Assembly: GCF_052425735.1 (NCBI RefSeq)
Contig: NC_135761.1
Span: 8,370,001 to 8,434,000, forward strand
Origin: Oculina patagonica
Lineage: Eukaryota
DNA length: 64,000 nucleotides
Direction: 5' to 3'
Of the stretch, positions 1 through 12,478 are shown piece by piece (within the stretch, counting starts at the first letter, position 1; every line of letters begins with the position of its first letter). The notes under the pieces are model-generated. The model was not told where the DNA came from and ran no database searches. It saw only the letters and a program-made list of their open reading frames with translations. The translations under genes were made by a program, and so were the position numbers.

Positions 1-111
1 GGCGTACCGTGAAGCCGGGTACAGAACAATTAGTACCCGTAAAATACTGATCACTATGTACCTCAGTCTAGACTTTTTTTATTAAGCCACTTGGTTTTGT
101 TGTCTCTGCAG

Positions 112-3100
112 GCATAATCATCAGCACAACTTGTCCACTGGTCTTACTGCAGAAGAGATAGCTAAACTACCACGACGTCATCGTTCTGCTAAAATGGTAA
201 TATTCCGTCAGCAGAATCAAATCAATGTAAATTTACATTTTTGACTAAAGACCTCTTAGTACAGTTCGTATTATCACAGGAGAATTTTTATTACAGCATT
301 TTAGCGCAGCAATCCCTGTTTTACTTCCTGAATTTTGAACTAAACCAAGAAACACGTTTATGCGATTACCGTAAAATTTCGGTTATAAGCCCCCCTGTTA
401 TAAGCACATCCACCTGGAAACAAAAAAAAATACATCCGATTATAAGCTCCCCCCCCCCCCCCCGAATATAAGGCACCGTCTGCCGGATGACAGTACTGAA
501 CAGGGCTAAATGTTGCTTTATTATGCGTTTTTAACTTTAAAATGTAATTTGTTCCACACTGCCTTGGCTCGTTTCAAAACGTTATTGTATTCGGCTTATA
601 AGCCCTCCCGGAAATAAGCCCCTCTGCATCTGACTCGTCCCCAGTCGTCTTTTCATCATCCTTCGCGTCTTACAATTTTCGCATAAGAGACGACTGGGGA
701 CGAGTCAGCCTCTGCATATAAGCCCACCCAAAACCTCTTACGAAGTTGTATAAGCCCAGGGCCTATAACCGGAATTTTATGGTATATTTGGTAAAAGCTC
801 TAAAATAATAAAGCCTCCCTCTTTTTTTAATCCCTTATCTCTCAAACGTTCCCTCTCTATCCCCCCGCCCCCCACAAAAAAAGGTCTCAAGAATTAAGCC
901 CCTCCCGGAGGCTTTCTAGAGCACTTATGGTATAGTAAAAACAAAGGAGGAAATTCCGCCTATCCCATGACTCTTTGCACCTTAAATCACCTGACGGTAA
1001 ACGTTTCGTGATACCCAATGACGCAATCATCTCAACTGAGGTAAGGGTGTTGAGCAAAGCACCAGCATAACTTTACCAGAATCCCCATGCCCTATAGCTA
1101 GTGGTCAACCTTGTGTAATTCAATTGTAGGTTTATTTTTTCTCAGCGGCAGGCGCCAGAAGAAAAGGAACATTTTTCGACGTATGCATTTAACAGCAGAA
1201 CAGGAGCAGCTTACTGGAAACACGAACCAGGGGACTACGAAACAAAGAAAACATCAAGAGAGGTATATAATAACTCAATTAGCTTGACTTGTCATGAGTG
1301 TAACTGTAAACTAAAGACGTGTGAAATCATTTGAATGTTTCTAAATGATGGTTAAGAAAAGTTATCACGACAAAGTGATTTCGCACTTCCCGATTGTTCA
1401 CTGCACGGTCCAGAGCAATTGTCTAGGTCGTTTCGTACTCTGGGCTATCGATACCGTAAGTTATCAGCATTCTTAGTACAGTCAACTCTCGTTATAGCGG
1501 ACACGCTTCGGGCGTCGTTTAGTGTCCGTTAAAGCGAGAGTCCGTAAGAGCGGGAGTCATTTCCAGTCAAACCTTTTTCGCCGGGGATCTGGATTTTGTC
1601 CGTAATAGAGAGTGTGAATAGGGGGTGTGGGGTTTGTGTCCGCAAGGCGAGAGTTGACTGTATACGCGGTTTTTCCTGCGTGATTGCCACTCCCCTGAAT
1701 TTGATGCTAGTCCATCGCAGATAACCCCTTCCCGCCTCCCCCTACCAGCATTTTCACAAAGAACGGAGGTACTGTGAGGGTATTAATTGTGTCCCAAAAA
1801 CACAGCGCAAAGATCCCGGCGAGACTGTAACCTGGACCACAGTGCGTTCCACTCACATTCCAACCTATTTTTTTGCAGGATCTTCTGTCAGCTTACCATT
1901 TCAAGCTAGCTCTTCATTCCAGTCAGTACCACGTGGGTGAAGTCCATTGGAGTCAGTACACAGACTCACTCATCGCATCATTACCCTACAGATGGCAACA
2001 CCCCGGTGACACTGAGCTAAAAACAGTTCACTTTGTGAAAAAACAACCTGCGCCTCCATCTAAAACACCAAGAAAAGAGTTTAAAACAAGCGATGAACTT
2101 AACCGAGAAAAACCAAACGCTGTGGTCATAAAGCGTCAAAAATCCATTGAAGTGTTAAGCCTTGACTCTGGTCAGCCTCTGTGTTCCTACCCAGTCTCCA
2201 AGGACGTCACGAGTGTCGGTGACGTAAACGGTGACAACGTCATAGATCACGTGACTACCTATTTTACGTCGGAGCGTGTTGTCCAATCAGGAATCAATCC
2301 GTGCTCTGCTGTTGTGACGTCTGGAGCTAAGACGTTGTTCAGTGGGTCGATTTGCCGCGCTACTTCAACGTTAGGTAGTTTTTTTTATTCGATCGATGAG
2401 GAAGATTTCAGAGATGAACCCATGCCTATTTCTCCATTGCTTGTGCCGAGTCCGCCGGACAGAACAGGGATTTTCAGCCATCTGTCTGGACAGACGTTTA
2501 AGCGACAAAGCATCCGAAGTTTTGACAGTGTGTTTGTTGTGGCGTCAGGACGACTGACGAGCTTTGGACCGTACGGAGAGTTCAACTGGCAGGTATGGTT
2601 GTGAATGTGGCCTCTAAAATTCCGAATCTCAATATTGGGGTGAATTATTTAACGTATGGATCTGAATCTCTGCAGAGTAAGGAATCTTTACCCCAGTATC
2701 TCAAACATGCGCGTTTTAGCAAGAAATCTTGAAAACGTCAGTTGTGTAGCAGCTCTAGTAAGCGTGTATTTCTACTGGTCCTGAAGTTGTTTGGTCTAGG
2801 GGCACTGTTCCTAATGTTTGTTCTATTGTTCTCTCAAAGGGGAGCGAACCATTTATGCAGGGTTGGAAATTAGCGCTCGCCTGCTCGCCCAGGCGAGTGT
2901 GAAAACTGTCGGGCGAGTACAAATCACGGATCACTCGCCCGGTTTGGCGAGTATGATTTCATATCCAGAATATATTATTCAGAATAAGCGAAACTTTTAC
3001 TTCCCACTTTAAAATAATCTACACTGTCCACAAGCCGATAGCTTACCAACATTTTGAAATCTCAAACAAAGCTGTGTTCGCGTTCGTAATGGCTTCGTTT

Positions 3101-5395
3101 GGGGCATGTTACATGCGGACATACTTCTACAAAGTAATACCTCTGGTCAAAAATTCACTGGCTCATCCATCGAGCCGCGAAACGCAGCAAGATGGCCATT
3201 TCTCGCCTCTTTTCCTTACAATTCGCGCAAAAACAAGAATTGAAATAGTAAAACTATGTGCTGATTGATAAGTATATTTTGATTTCATTAACAACAACAA
3301 CAATTTTTGAATGAATGAAAAGATTGAGTGTTTTACGATCGACCACGAAAGTGGCAAGTGAGTATCAAAACGTGATTGAAAATGAAGTTTTTTTCATTAT
3401 TCGTAGGGGGAGGGCGGCCTAATTCTTTTAATGGAAGAAGACGGGCGAGGAAATTGTGGGCGAGTGCAATTGAAGGTCACCGCCCGGATGGCGAGTGCTC
3501 CAAAATTTTAGTTTCCAACCCTGTTATGTGAAACCTTGCGAGAGCCGATACTAACCTGAAAACTTTAGCCTATTTTTTTCCCGCGGCTCCTACTCCATCT
3601 CAACATTTTCCAATCTGCCTGTATAAGTGTATGGTCGTTTTTGACCTTACAGTGAACTAGATTCCCACATATGTATTGCAGATATCGCCATAAGCCTATC
3701 TTACCAAACATCGGTTCAGTTACTGTAACTGCCTAAAAATCCCACTGCAGTTTACTTCATTGCATCAATGTCTTTAATAATTGCTGTTTATTTTCTCATA
3801 TTTATTTATTGTCTACTTCTCCTTTTTAGGTAGATACAGGTGCTTCGTGGGCGAATTATAATCCATCTGAAAGAAAAGCAGGAGCGGTTTTCGTTCCAAA
3901 CATTCAAGCTGTGTCCACATCAGTAGGAGGAGTAAAAGTAAGTTTTCTCTATACCGGAAGTTTTAAGGAAATGTGGTATAAGTCATCTCGCGCAAGTTGT
4001 GAAAGTTACCTCCTTTTTCCTCAGGTTCATTTATACCAATAGTGTGAGTCAAAAAGTGGATTAATTAAACGAATCCTAATAAAATCCGTAGCTATAGAAT
4101 TAAAGGAACTTATTTTCATGCGCCTGTTCGAAACCTCTGACGAAGAGAAGCATATAACTCATAGTTTTCAATTTAATCTAAAACTGACCTACTCGCTCTA
4201 GAATAAACTAAGAGAAGTCCCTCCTTTTTTTCTTAGTCCGTCAAGCCTGAAGCGAAAAAAAAGTGCGAATGGAAAAATGGCCGTGGGAAATCTGTAGGGG
4301 ATGACGCGCGTCTTCCTCCCAGATTGTGCGCGATCATTTTTCTGTTCTCGCTCTTTCTCGCTTCACGTTCGACGAACTAAGAAAGAAGAGGGACTGCTTT
4401 TAGTCTAGCTGCTTTTTCTTGTCATGTTCCTCTTCCCCCTTTTTTTGCCCGAAGATGGGTGCATGCACGATGCGGACGGTGAAGTTCATTCCCTTCATTT
4501 CTTCCAATGATTTTCGATAAAGGACTTATTTTCTTTTTTTGTCTATCATGACCCTAGGACGCTGTATTGGTGACAGGCTGGAAGGACATGAAGTTGGTTT
4601 CTCTAAAGGATGGTTCGTTGTTGTCTTCGCATTCGATGCCGTGTGAGCCGCTCTCTCCTGTCGTACACGGAGACTTTACAAATGACGGTTTAATGGACTT
4701 TGTTGTTCAGTGTCAAACAAGGTGAGCTTACTTTTTCAGACATCTTTCGCAATGGCTGCCGCAAGTATTCGCGTTTTCTTATAAATTTTGTGTTCTAACC
4801 AATTATCACGAAGGTGCAATTGTTTTTGCGTGCAAAACCAAACGCATTTTGCCATTTGAAGAATGCCACTTTTCCCGCGCAATCCAAAGATTTTCCTATT
4901 TTCCTATTGGTCACTTGCTTGCTCCTGGCTAATGGTTTCGTATTTCCGCCGCGTTTGCTCTAACCAGTTATCTGTTGCATATTTTCCTGCGCTTGGCAAG
5001 TTTTTGTACATCTTCTATTTTACGTTTATCGTGTTGTCTCGTTCGTTCATGAATGTAGCTGCCTTCTTGAATATTACGGAGTATGAAATCTACGGAGCGG
5101 ACACCTCTACTTAGCGTATGTGTTACGGGCGTAGTTTTGTCCTCTCCCCAGATTTTGCGCGCTTCAATATTTCTCTGCTCGACGATTTACTTCATACAGT
5201 TTTCTGTGTATTAATACCGAAAAAAAGTGAGTAAAAATTTTCTACTCAAAAAATAACTTTTTCTTCAGCTATCTCGGCTTCTCATTGGACAGCAGACCTG
5301 GATACTGGTGGACAGCAGTATGGATCGCGTGTGGTCTGGGTACAATTGTGATTGCTGTTCTGATACTTCGTTGCATTGAAGAAGTGATTGCGTGA
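112..5395 (+). CDS. 3' part of a spliced FG-GAP repeat-containing single-pass membrane protein gene (plant NERD1/At3g51050-like); 5' exons lie upstream of the window
   Basis: Phase-consistent GT-AG exons 112-196, 1146-1262, 1879-2592, 3830-3937, 4558-4721, 5269-5395 (TGA). Motifs EHFSTYAFNSRTG, LPYRWQHPGDT, PNAVVIKRQKSIEVLSL, FG-GAP-type GDVNGDNVIDHV and GDFTNDGLMDFVV, and a C-terminal TM helix WWTAVWIACGLGTIVIAVLIL. Family call from remembered motif similarity. Confidence 0.85.
369..782. mobile_element. Tc1/mariner-type MITE in intron
   Basis: TIR CCGTAAAATTTCGGTTATAAGCCC versus GGGCCTATAACCGGAATTTTATGG, TA on both sides, internal TATAAGCCC repeats. Confidence 0.75.
630..708. mobile_element. 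79-bp MITE with 9-bp TSD, nested in the 369-782 MITE
   Basis: 21-bp perfect TIR CTGACTCGTCCCCAGTCGTCT; TSD CCTCTGCAT at 621-629 and 709-717. Confidence 0.85.
1479..1660. mobile_element. pogo/Tigger-type (Tc1/mariner) MITE
   Basis: TIR CAGTCAACTCTCG / CGAGAGTTGACTG, TA on both sides. Confidence 0.8.
2858..3523. mobile_element. Non-autonomous hAT-like element with 5-bp TSD (hAT5-like)
   Basis: Termini CAGGGTTGGAAA / TTTCCAACCCTG, TTATG on both sides, subterminal CTCGCC/GGCGAG repeats. Confidence 0.75.
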
Positions 5396-5673
5396 CAGGT
5401 CGTGTTTACCTAACAAGTTGCGTGACGGAGCCTTGTCACGGATGTCAGATTTACCAGTTTACGAGCTTGCTCTCAGGCTCTCTCGAAATGGTGTACCTTT
5501 TGACGTGCCCTCTGGGTTCAGCGCTGTGGGTTGTGAAAACTTATCACAAACCCTTGTATTAAGTAGCATTTGCGTGGACAGTATCAGAAAATCTAGCGAT
5601 GGTTCAGTGAGTAGGAAGACATTTTTCCCAAATCTTATCCGTCTTGTGTTCTGGGAAAAGAACTTTTGGAAAG

Positions 5674-5888
5674 CGAGCGAGCGAACAAACGAACGAAAGA
5701 TTGAACGAACGAACGATTGAACGAACGAAAGATTGAACGAACGAACGAACGAACGATTGCACGAACGAACAAACGAACGAACGATTGAACGAACGAACGA
5801 TTGCACGAACGAACAAACGATTGAACGAACGAACAAACGATTGCACGAACGAACAAACGATTGTACGAACGAACGAACGAACGAACGA
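5674..5888. repeat. (GAAC)n-derived compound microsatellite just downstream of the FG-GAP gene
   Basis: Runs of cgaa/gaac interrupted by gattg and acaa; source of the spurious SFVR-repeat ORFs. Confidence 0.9.
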
Positions 5889-7614
5889 TGAATTTGTTGT
5901 AACTTAGAAACGCTGAATTGGCGTAACTTCGGAAAAAATGTGAATATCGCATTAAAAATCGGTTTCATTTATTTTGTATTTATCTAATTCTCTTGTTCCT
6001 ACAAGATGCTTTACAACGCTTAAGTATAATTTTGGCAAATTACTTTCGTTGGTACACAAACTACTGAAGGACACTTCAACAAGGAAATAGAGTTAAGTTT
6101 GACGTTAAAAAAACAGTCCTTTTCGTTTTTCGTAACGTGCACAGGAACAGAAGTGATTTTAATGCTCTGTACATTTTATGCCCTGTATTTTTTTATGCTC
6201 TGTATTAAATTTTTTTCTCGCATTTGAACATCAATCAATTTTAAATAGGAATTTTCGTGTCTTATCGAAGTAAATGTCGTGGCTAAAAATGGTTAACGAC
6301 GCGGCTATTAAAATATTTCATTTCGCAAGAACAGCATTTTAGCGAGAAACAATTTGTTATGCCGCCAAGAATTAAACTCAATTCATAATTAAAAACTTGA
6401 ATGAGAAAGCAAACGCCACTTTGCGACGGTAAAACAGAATTTGAACATCTGAGTAAACAAAATAAATCTTTGTGATGACATCGTCTCAAATAGCTTCGGC
6501 TCTATGCAAACATGTCAGAGCTTTACTTTCGAAAATAATGGCGTCGCTCGTTAAAATCTTGTTACAATTATGAAAATTAAATCGGGGTGCAATAAAGGGA
6601 TTGCCCTCAAAGGTGCGAGCGAAGTTTAATTTCGTTTTCCCGTGTGCTTAGAAAGCGGGCAGCCGTAACTTCGGGGCAGTTATTGTACCAACTTCAAGTT
6701 CAATTGTCAGAATTTTCAATCATTTATTTCACGTGTATTATCAAAGAAAATGTATCGGTGCGGTGGCTGTTTGCATTTTCTATCAGTTTACCGCAAGTTG
6801 GCTTACGTACAAGAACAAAAGAGTCGACAACAGCTCCCAACAAAGACCTGAAAAGAAGCCGTGAATGTACCGACATATAACTCCTTCTGTGTGTTTATTT
6901 AGGCTCTCTTTTACAAAAAAATAATCTTTCCGATCTGAATATTTGTCCTCCGGTAGATTAATCATGCAATAAAGCCATTTGCGGCCTGCTAAGTCCGCGA
7001 ACAAAACATCCGAAAACCGAGTTTGCGAAGAGATGAATAGATCTGAAATTTCGACATCACTTGCTAACTGTCAAAATTGATCTCGACAAATGACGCGAAT
7101 GTATGTTTTGTGAGCGTCCAGTTCTTTCCGTGTATGTAAAATCGAGTTTCCTTTTGAATGCCGCGAAAAAACACGCGGCAACTTTTGCCGCCAACTTGAC
7201 AAAAAGCAAATTTTGTTCGCGAAATTAAAAACTTTTGGTTTCGATTCTTAATTGTCGTTCTTCACCTTTTCCGCCGACAAAAATAAACATTTTGGGAACG
7301 AGCGTTTGTGGAGGCGTTATGCGGCAGCTTCCTGAAAATAAAATTATAATTGCAATTTAAATGCGAACGCACTTGTTTAGCCATACAGTATTTTCTTTCA
7401 GTTGATAATGTCAAAAAAAAAAATTAGATTAAACACATTTAATGGTTTTCGTGTAAAATTTTATTTCTCTCGTATTAAATTACCGAGTTCAACAAGTCGG
7501 ATAAAAATACTAAATTACAAATGTGCTTCGTAGAGAGATTGCTACTTTTTTCGATAAATAACTGATATAAAGAATTCCAACAAAACGTAACTATTTTACT
7601 GTACATGTATCCAA

Positions 7615-9021
7615 TTATTTCAAAGCCATTGCATTTTCAATGAACCGCTTCATATCAACGTCTCTGGCCAAATCTATCGGCAACATGCCACTGTCCGTCT
7701 CGGTAAATAAATCTGCGCCATATTCGATCAATATCGAAGCGGTCACTGCATTTCCCTCGCGTACAGCCTCGTGTAGTGGACTGCTTCCGTTTAAAGACTG
7801 CCTGTTGACTTCTGCCCCATGTTCGAGCAATAGCTTCACACCTTCGGTATCGCCCTTCGCCGCAGCTTCGTGAAGAAGCGAAACGCCAAAACTATTCAAC
7901 CCGTTTACGTTTGTAACTTCTTTGATTACGCTAGCGATGGAAGTTTTCGGTGATCTTAGCATGCAGGCTCGATCATTCGCGTACACAGCAGGGGATGAAT
8001 ATCGGCGCGGTTGAAATTGTTCATCCGATTCTAAGTTGCGGTTTGGCTGGTTTCCGGGATCCGAGTAAATGTTCACAGACGACGCACGTAATCGATCTTG
8101 AAATAAGTTCTCCGCTCTTGAATTGTTGTTTTGCTTGGCTGTCGGTATTGTTCCCCCTCTCTCGAAATTAAGCATATTAGCACCGGAATTCGTCGATGCT
8201 GAACTATACGCCGAATCAGATGAGCTAGACGAATCAGACGAGTTTGAACACAAAGATGATGTCGATTGCCTTTTAAAAACCTCTCGTCGGCGTTTTCCGC
8301 ATTTTGCACAAACTGTTTCTCTGCAACCAGTGGGTAACGCTACACCAGTGAGTCGTGGAATATCCATTAACCTTTCCAGATCTTTATCTCTCGTTTTGAC
8401 AGTTGCGGTCGGAGCTCTTGGGTCGTTAATAACGTCTAAGGAACTGCGCCTTTTCTGGTTTTCAGACCACGAAATATTTGAAGTTAAAATTTCGCTAGTC
8501 GCTCTCTGTCGCTCCTGTACCAACCCGCTCACATCACTCTCTTGTAACTTTTCCTCAATAAGGTCCCTCACTTCAGGCTTTCGGTTAAAATACTCCTCCA
8601 CTTCTTTTGCCCTCCCTCTCCGCCGCATGGCTTCAGCGAGTATTACAACAGATTGTAGATCTCGCGCCAAATCTAAAGCAAGCTCGCCTTGATCGTTCTG
8701 CAAGCCCACCTCAGCACCCATGGTAATGAGATAGCGCATAATCGAGTGATTACGAGCTATCGTAGCAGCGTGCATGACGCTCCATCCTTCTTTATCCTGA
8801 ATATTAAGATCGGCGCCATACGTTACCAACAGTTGCACAAGCTTGAGAGGCCCTGTGAAACAGCACCTTTGGAGGGCTGTAATGCCATCTCCATCGATCT
8901 CGTCGACGTGGAACTGTTTTTCGTTCTGTTCAAGCAGAAATTGCACTCGTAAAATGTCCTTGCCGCTCACGGCTTCGTGAAATAATTCGACCGGCTTCCG
9001 CTTGACTGCAAATTTCAACAT
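7615..9021 (-). CDS. Intronless ankyrin-repeat protein, about 468 aa, with N- and C-terminal ANK clusters (PPP1R27/PPP1R16-like repeats)
   Basis: Long ORF with first ATG at 9021 (MLKFAVKRKP). ANK motifs GITALQRCC, GWSVMHAA, GELALDLA, GVSLLHEAA, GSSPLHEAV, GMLPIDLA flank a Ser-rich linker. Confidence 0.85.
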   Translation of the reverse strand: MLKFAVKRKPVELFHEAVSGKDILRVQFLLEQNEKQFHVDEIDGDGITALQRCCFTGPLKLVQLLVTYGADLNIQDKEGWSVMHAATIARNHSIMRYLITMGAEVGLQNDQGELALDLARDLQSVVILAEAMRRRGRAKEVEEYFNRKPEVRDLIEEKLQESDVSGLVQERQRATSEILTSNISWSENQKRRSSLDVINDPRAPTATVKTRDKDLERLMDIPRLTGVALPTGCRETVCAKCGKRRREVFKRQSTSSLCSNSSDSSSSSDSAYSSASTNSGANMLNFERGGTIPTAKQNNNSRAENLFQDRLRASSVNIYSDPGNQPNRNLESDEQFQPRRYSSPAVYANDRACMLRSPKTSIASVIKEVTNVNGLNSFGVSLLHEAAAKGDTEGVKLLLEHGAEVNRQSLNGSSPLHEAVREGNAVTASILIEYGADLFTETDSGMLPIDLARDVDMKRFIENAMALK

Positions 9022-11595
9022 CGCGACAAAGACCTCCGAAGAAAAACACAGTGTTATGGTGCCGAAGCTATTCTTCGCGAGGTGTAATAAACACACGTCT
9101 GTGTCGCGTCAAGACTTGTTGGTTATGAAAACGGGCCAGGCCAAGAAACAATGGAAATTAGCGCCTTTTGCGCACCAACAATGCACCGGGAAACGAGAAC
9201 ACAAGATTGCCAAAGAAACTGTTATATCAACATGTCTACTTGTATTGTTCCAATTGATTGCTCGCAATGACAGTCAATTGACATAGGTATTATCTGCCCT
9301 TATTGCCCTGTCTCCTGTTGAGATAATTAAATCTTCCTTTGCGGTAGCCGTGGTGAGGAGGTCATGCCTGTTGAATTGTTTTACGAGTGTAACAATTTGT
9401 TTGTCATTACGTTTTGAAATAACTTTAAGAGTGTCTCGGCTTTGTGGCTTTCACGTCATCGTTGAAAACAAACTTTGCGCGATTTCATTTGTTTCACATT
9501 GTTTGCCAAGCTCTCGCACTTTCTCTTTGTTCTTGTTAAGACACTCATCAGGCTTTTTAATTAATGCTTCTAATCTTCAAAAACCGATTATGACATCTAG
9601 CGCGTCTGAGTAAACGCTAAATAGAAAGCTTTTAAATCTACGTGGCAGGTTTTCGTTAAAAAAGAAAAGAAAAAATCCCAAAGTTGGCAGTTTGCGTCGG
9701 TGGGGCTGCCAAAATTAGTAAATAACCAAGGACTTGATAGAAATTTCAATGCTGATTTTCCAGTTGGTTGCTTTTTTAAGTGATCTTGGTATTTATGTAG
9801 GATTATATCAGAATTTCGCAGCATTTTTTTTAGGGATGACTCAACGACATGACGTCGTTTCAGTGATTTTGCACGCCATACCGACCTACGCCGAATAAAA
9901 ACTCCAAGACACGGTACGAGGCGATTGATACAATGTATAGTACGTGACGAAAATTTCAACAGAAGTATTTGCAATATCAAGCAATTATTTTTGTAGAACA
10001 CTGGGTGTTTTGTGGTTTAACCACAACATTGTGGTTATCAGTGAGTCATCGAAGAATAAACGTTCTTTTTAAAAATCTTTTTTTGGCCCTGACTCAACGC
10101 TAATGCAGAGAAATAAATCTTGTTTGTCCCCACGCATACCAAACTACCATATTTCGGTATATGTTGTGACCGTTTCTTTCCTTGGCGATTGATAGCTATA
10201 TTCTTATATATTTATGTTCTCCTGGTTTTTTGTCAGGTTGTTGGGGGAAATTACAAACCGATAAAAAAAAAGCAACATTTCAAGTAAAGCCGGGAGCTCA
10301 GAGCGCACCCTGCTGAACGAAAGAAAGCGCTTTAGAAAACCGACGTGTCTATGTTTTGCTCTGTTTACCACGAATGGAGTGGTTAGTTTATTACTCCGGC
10401 GCGCCATACGGATAGCTATTTCTATGGGCGCGCTGACCCGGAAAAAGTTAGTAACATATCATGTTCACATGTTTTCTTAAACAGATATAAACATCTCGCA
10501 GGCTTCATATCGTGCGAATGTAAACAAAGCGTGTGTTCATGGGTCAATGCATAAAAACAGCTGTGGAAAAACCCTTTAACTCCCCGGAAATGTATTAACA
10601 ACACGCAGGAAATGTCATGAGTGGAAGATTTAAAATTGTCTCAAAGTCATTATGCATGCACTCACGACATTGCATTCCATTCAAGAAAATTATGATGATT
10701 GTTTTGAACTGTCTGTCGATGTCTGATTTTGCAGACGAGCGACTTGAAAGTATGTAGGGGTACTTGAGACTAAGATGAAGTTACAAGTTTCTAGTTCGTT
10801 CTTTATTTGAGGAGATAACGGGGTTTAAGATAGGAAGGAAGATAGCGACCGATAGCAGGATAGCAGCTTTCGTAGAATGTTCTTGTCTTGAACTAAAACG
10901 CACTTCTTTAATAGGTTGAAATGTTTAAAAAAAAAAACAAAGTGGTGTTACTGACCCGTACCTGACTTTAGAATTACTCGTCAGATTAAAGAAAAAAAAA
11001 ACTGCTAATATAACACGACAATATAAACTTCGCCAACGCAAGCCGTTCGTATATCCGACAAAATGTGCTGATTAACAATATTTATGGGGGTCTGTTTATC
11101 TTGTGAAATAGGGATGCTAATCTGGTTAAAAACACGACGTCCCAGAATCGAATCCCGATGATAAGTGGGGTAAATGTCTGGCTTTAATCCTATTATAAGC
11201 TGTTTCAGGCGTATTAGGACTAACAGAGAAGGAGAACAGAAATTTCATAGTGTCGAAGCTTCTAGAGTAGGTCACAAAATGATCCTCTTATCGAGCTGAT
11301 CACGAGAAAACCATGTGTATTCGATGTGTGCCGTGATCAGCAGATATTCAAATATTGTGCACATGTTTGTCATAAAGGCTTAAACTGCCCAATTCATATT
11401 AAATGCCACGCAATGTCCTTTATTTTTTTTTACGGTACTTTATTCATGATGTGTAAGCAATGCTAAAATTCTAATAGACTTGTATCCGTCATCGATAATT
11501 CGCCGAGTAGATGAAGGAAATAAGTGGTTAAAAGTATCCATCTGGTCTTTTCCGTTCGGGTCACTTTTGCCAAATTCCCGGGCGCTTTTGTAAAC

Positions 11596-11876
11596 TTATG
11601 CACCTATCAATGTTAAGCCGCTGGGGGGGGGGGGGGAGGCCGGGCATAGGCGGGGGGTTTGACAGCAAGTATTTGCCCGTAGTGGGGACTTTTGACCGTT
11701 TTACTGGACTTTCTTACAACATTTTATTGAAGTTTTAAAGTGACTCTTTTGAACATCCACACAAGCCCTGGGGTTGGGCATTTAATCAGAAAGTCTAAGC
11801 TAAGTTCAAATGCCTGGCCTATGCCCGGCCTCTTTCCCCCCCCCCCCCCAGCACCTTAACATTGATAAGTGCATAA
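11596..11876. mobile_element. MITE, superfamily unassigned
   Basis: TIR TTATGCACCTATCAATGTTAAG / CTTAACATTGATAAGTGCATAA, extended by poly-G/poly-C and GGCCGGGCATAGG / CCTATGCCCGGCC. No clear TSD. Confidence 0.7.
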
Positions 11877-12255
11877 TATATGCTACTAAGATTTTAAGAA
11901 CCATTACGAAAAGGAAGAGCCATTAAAAATTTAAATCTTACAAGTACTCATATAAAGATTGCTTTATATTGGGACTGGGACCTCAAAGAGCTTCACGTCA
12001 CGATATGTTACAAAATACCCTTAGAACGAAGGAAATCATCAAAATAACAGTTTTCCAAGGTAGAAAATCAACAAAAAACAAACGCGAATAGCTAAGCCGG
12101 ATTTGAGAGATGGCCAGCGATGAACTTGCCACTAGTCGAAACATTTAGCTTGAACGTAAGGCCTGGGCGAGTGCCTAATAGCCGGAAGGACAAACAATTG
12201 TAAGGGACTGAAGAACTTTTACTAGTGGTCTTTCTGCAAAGTAAATTTCTGCTCG

Positions 12256-12478
12256 TAGAAAGAAAGATGTAAATAAATTACAGATGGCTTTCGACACACG
12301 TCTCTGAAATGAAAGAAAAATTGCATGCCCGAGCAGGATTCGAACCCGCGTCTCCCTGTTACTAGTCAGGCGTGATATCCACTACACCACGGGTCACCAC
12401 GCTGGATACGTGGCAACTTATTTTTATATTACATCTTTCTTTCTACGTTTGTAAGGCTTTCTAGGCTTATAAAATTTC
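12256..12478 (-). mobile_element. Short retroelement carrying a tRNA-Thr(AGT)-like pseudogene (12326-12395, - strand)
   Basis: 14-bp TSD TAAATTTCTGCTCG at 12242-12255 and 12479-12492. A box TGGTGTAGTGG, B box GGTTCGAATCC, defective anticodon arm, T-run after it. 19-bp inverted repeat 12254-12272 / 12429-12447. Confidence 0.7.

Noticed and set aside
5388-5968. ORFs with SFVR/TNER repeats
   Set aside because: Translations of the (GAAC)n microsatellite, open in several frames.
12326-12395. Functional tRNA-Thr gene
   Set aside because: Acceptor and anticodon stems are disrupted and it lies inside a TSD-flanked insertion.
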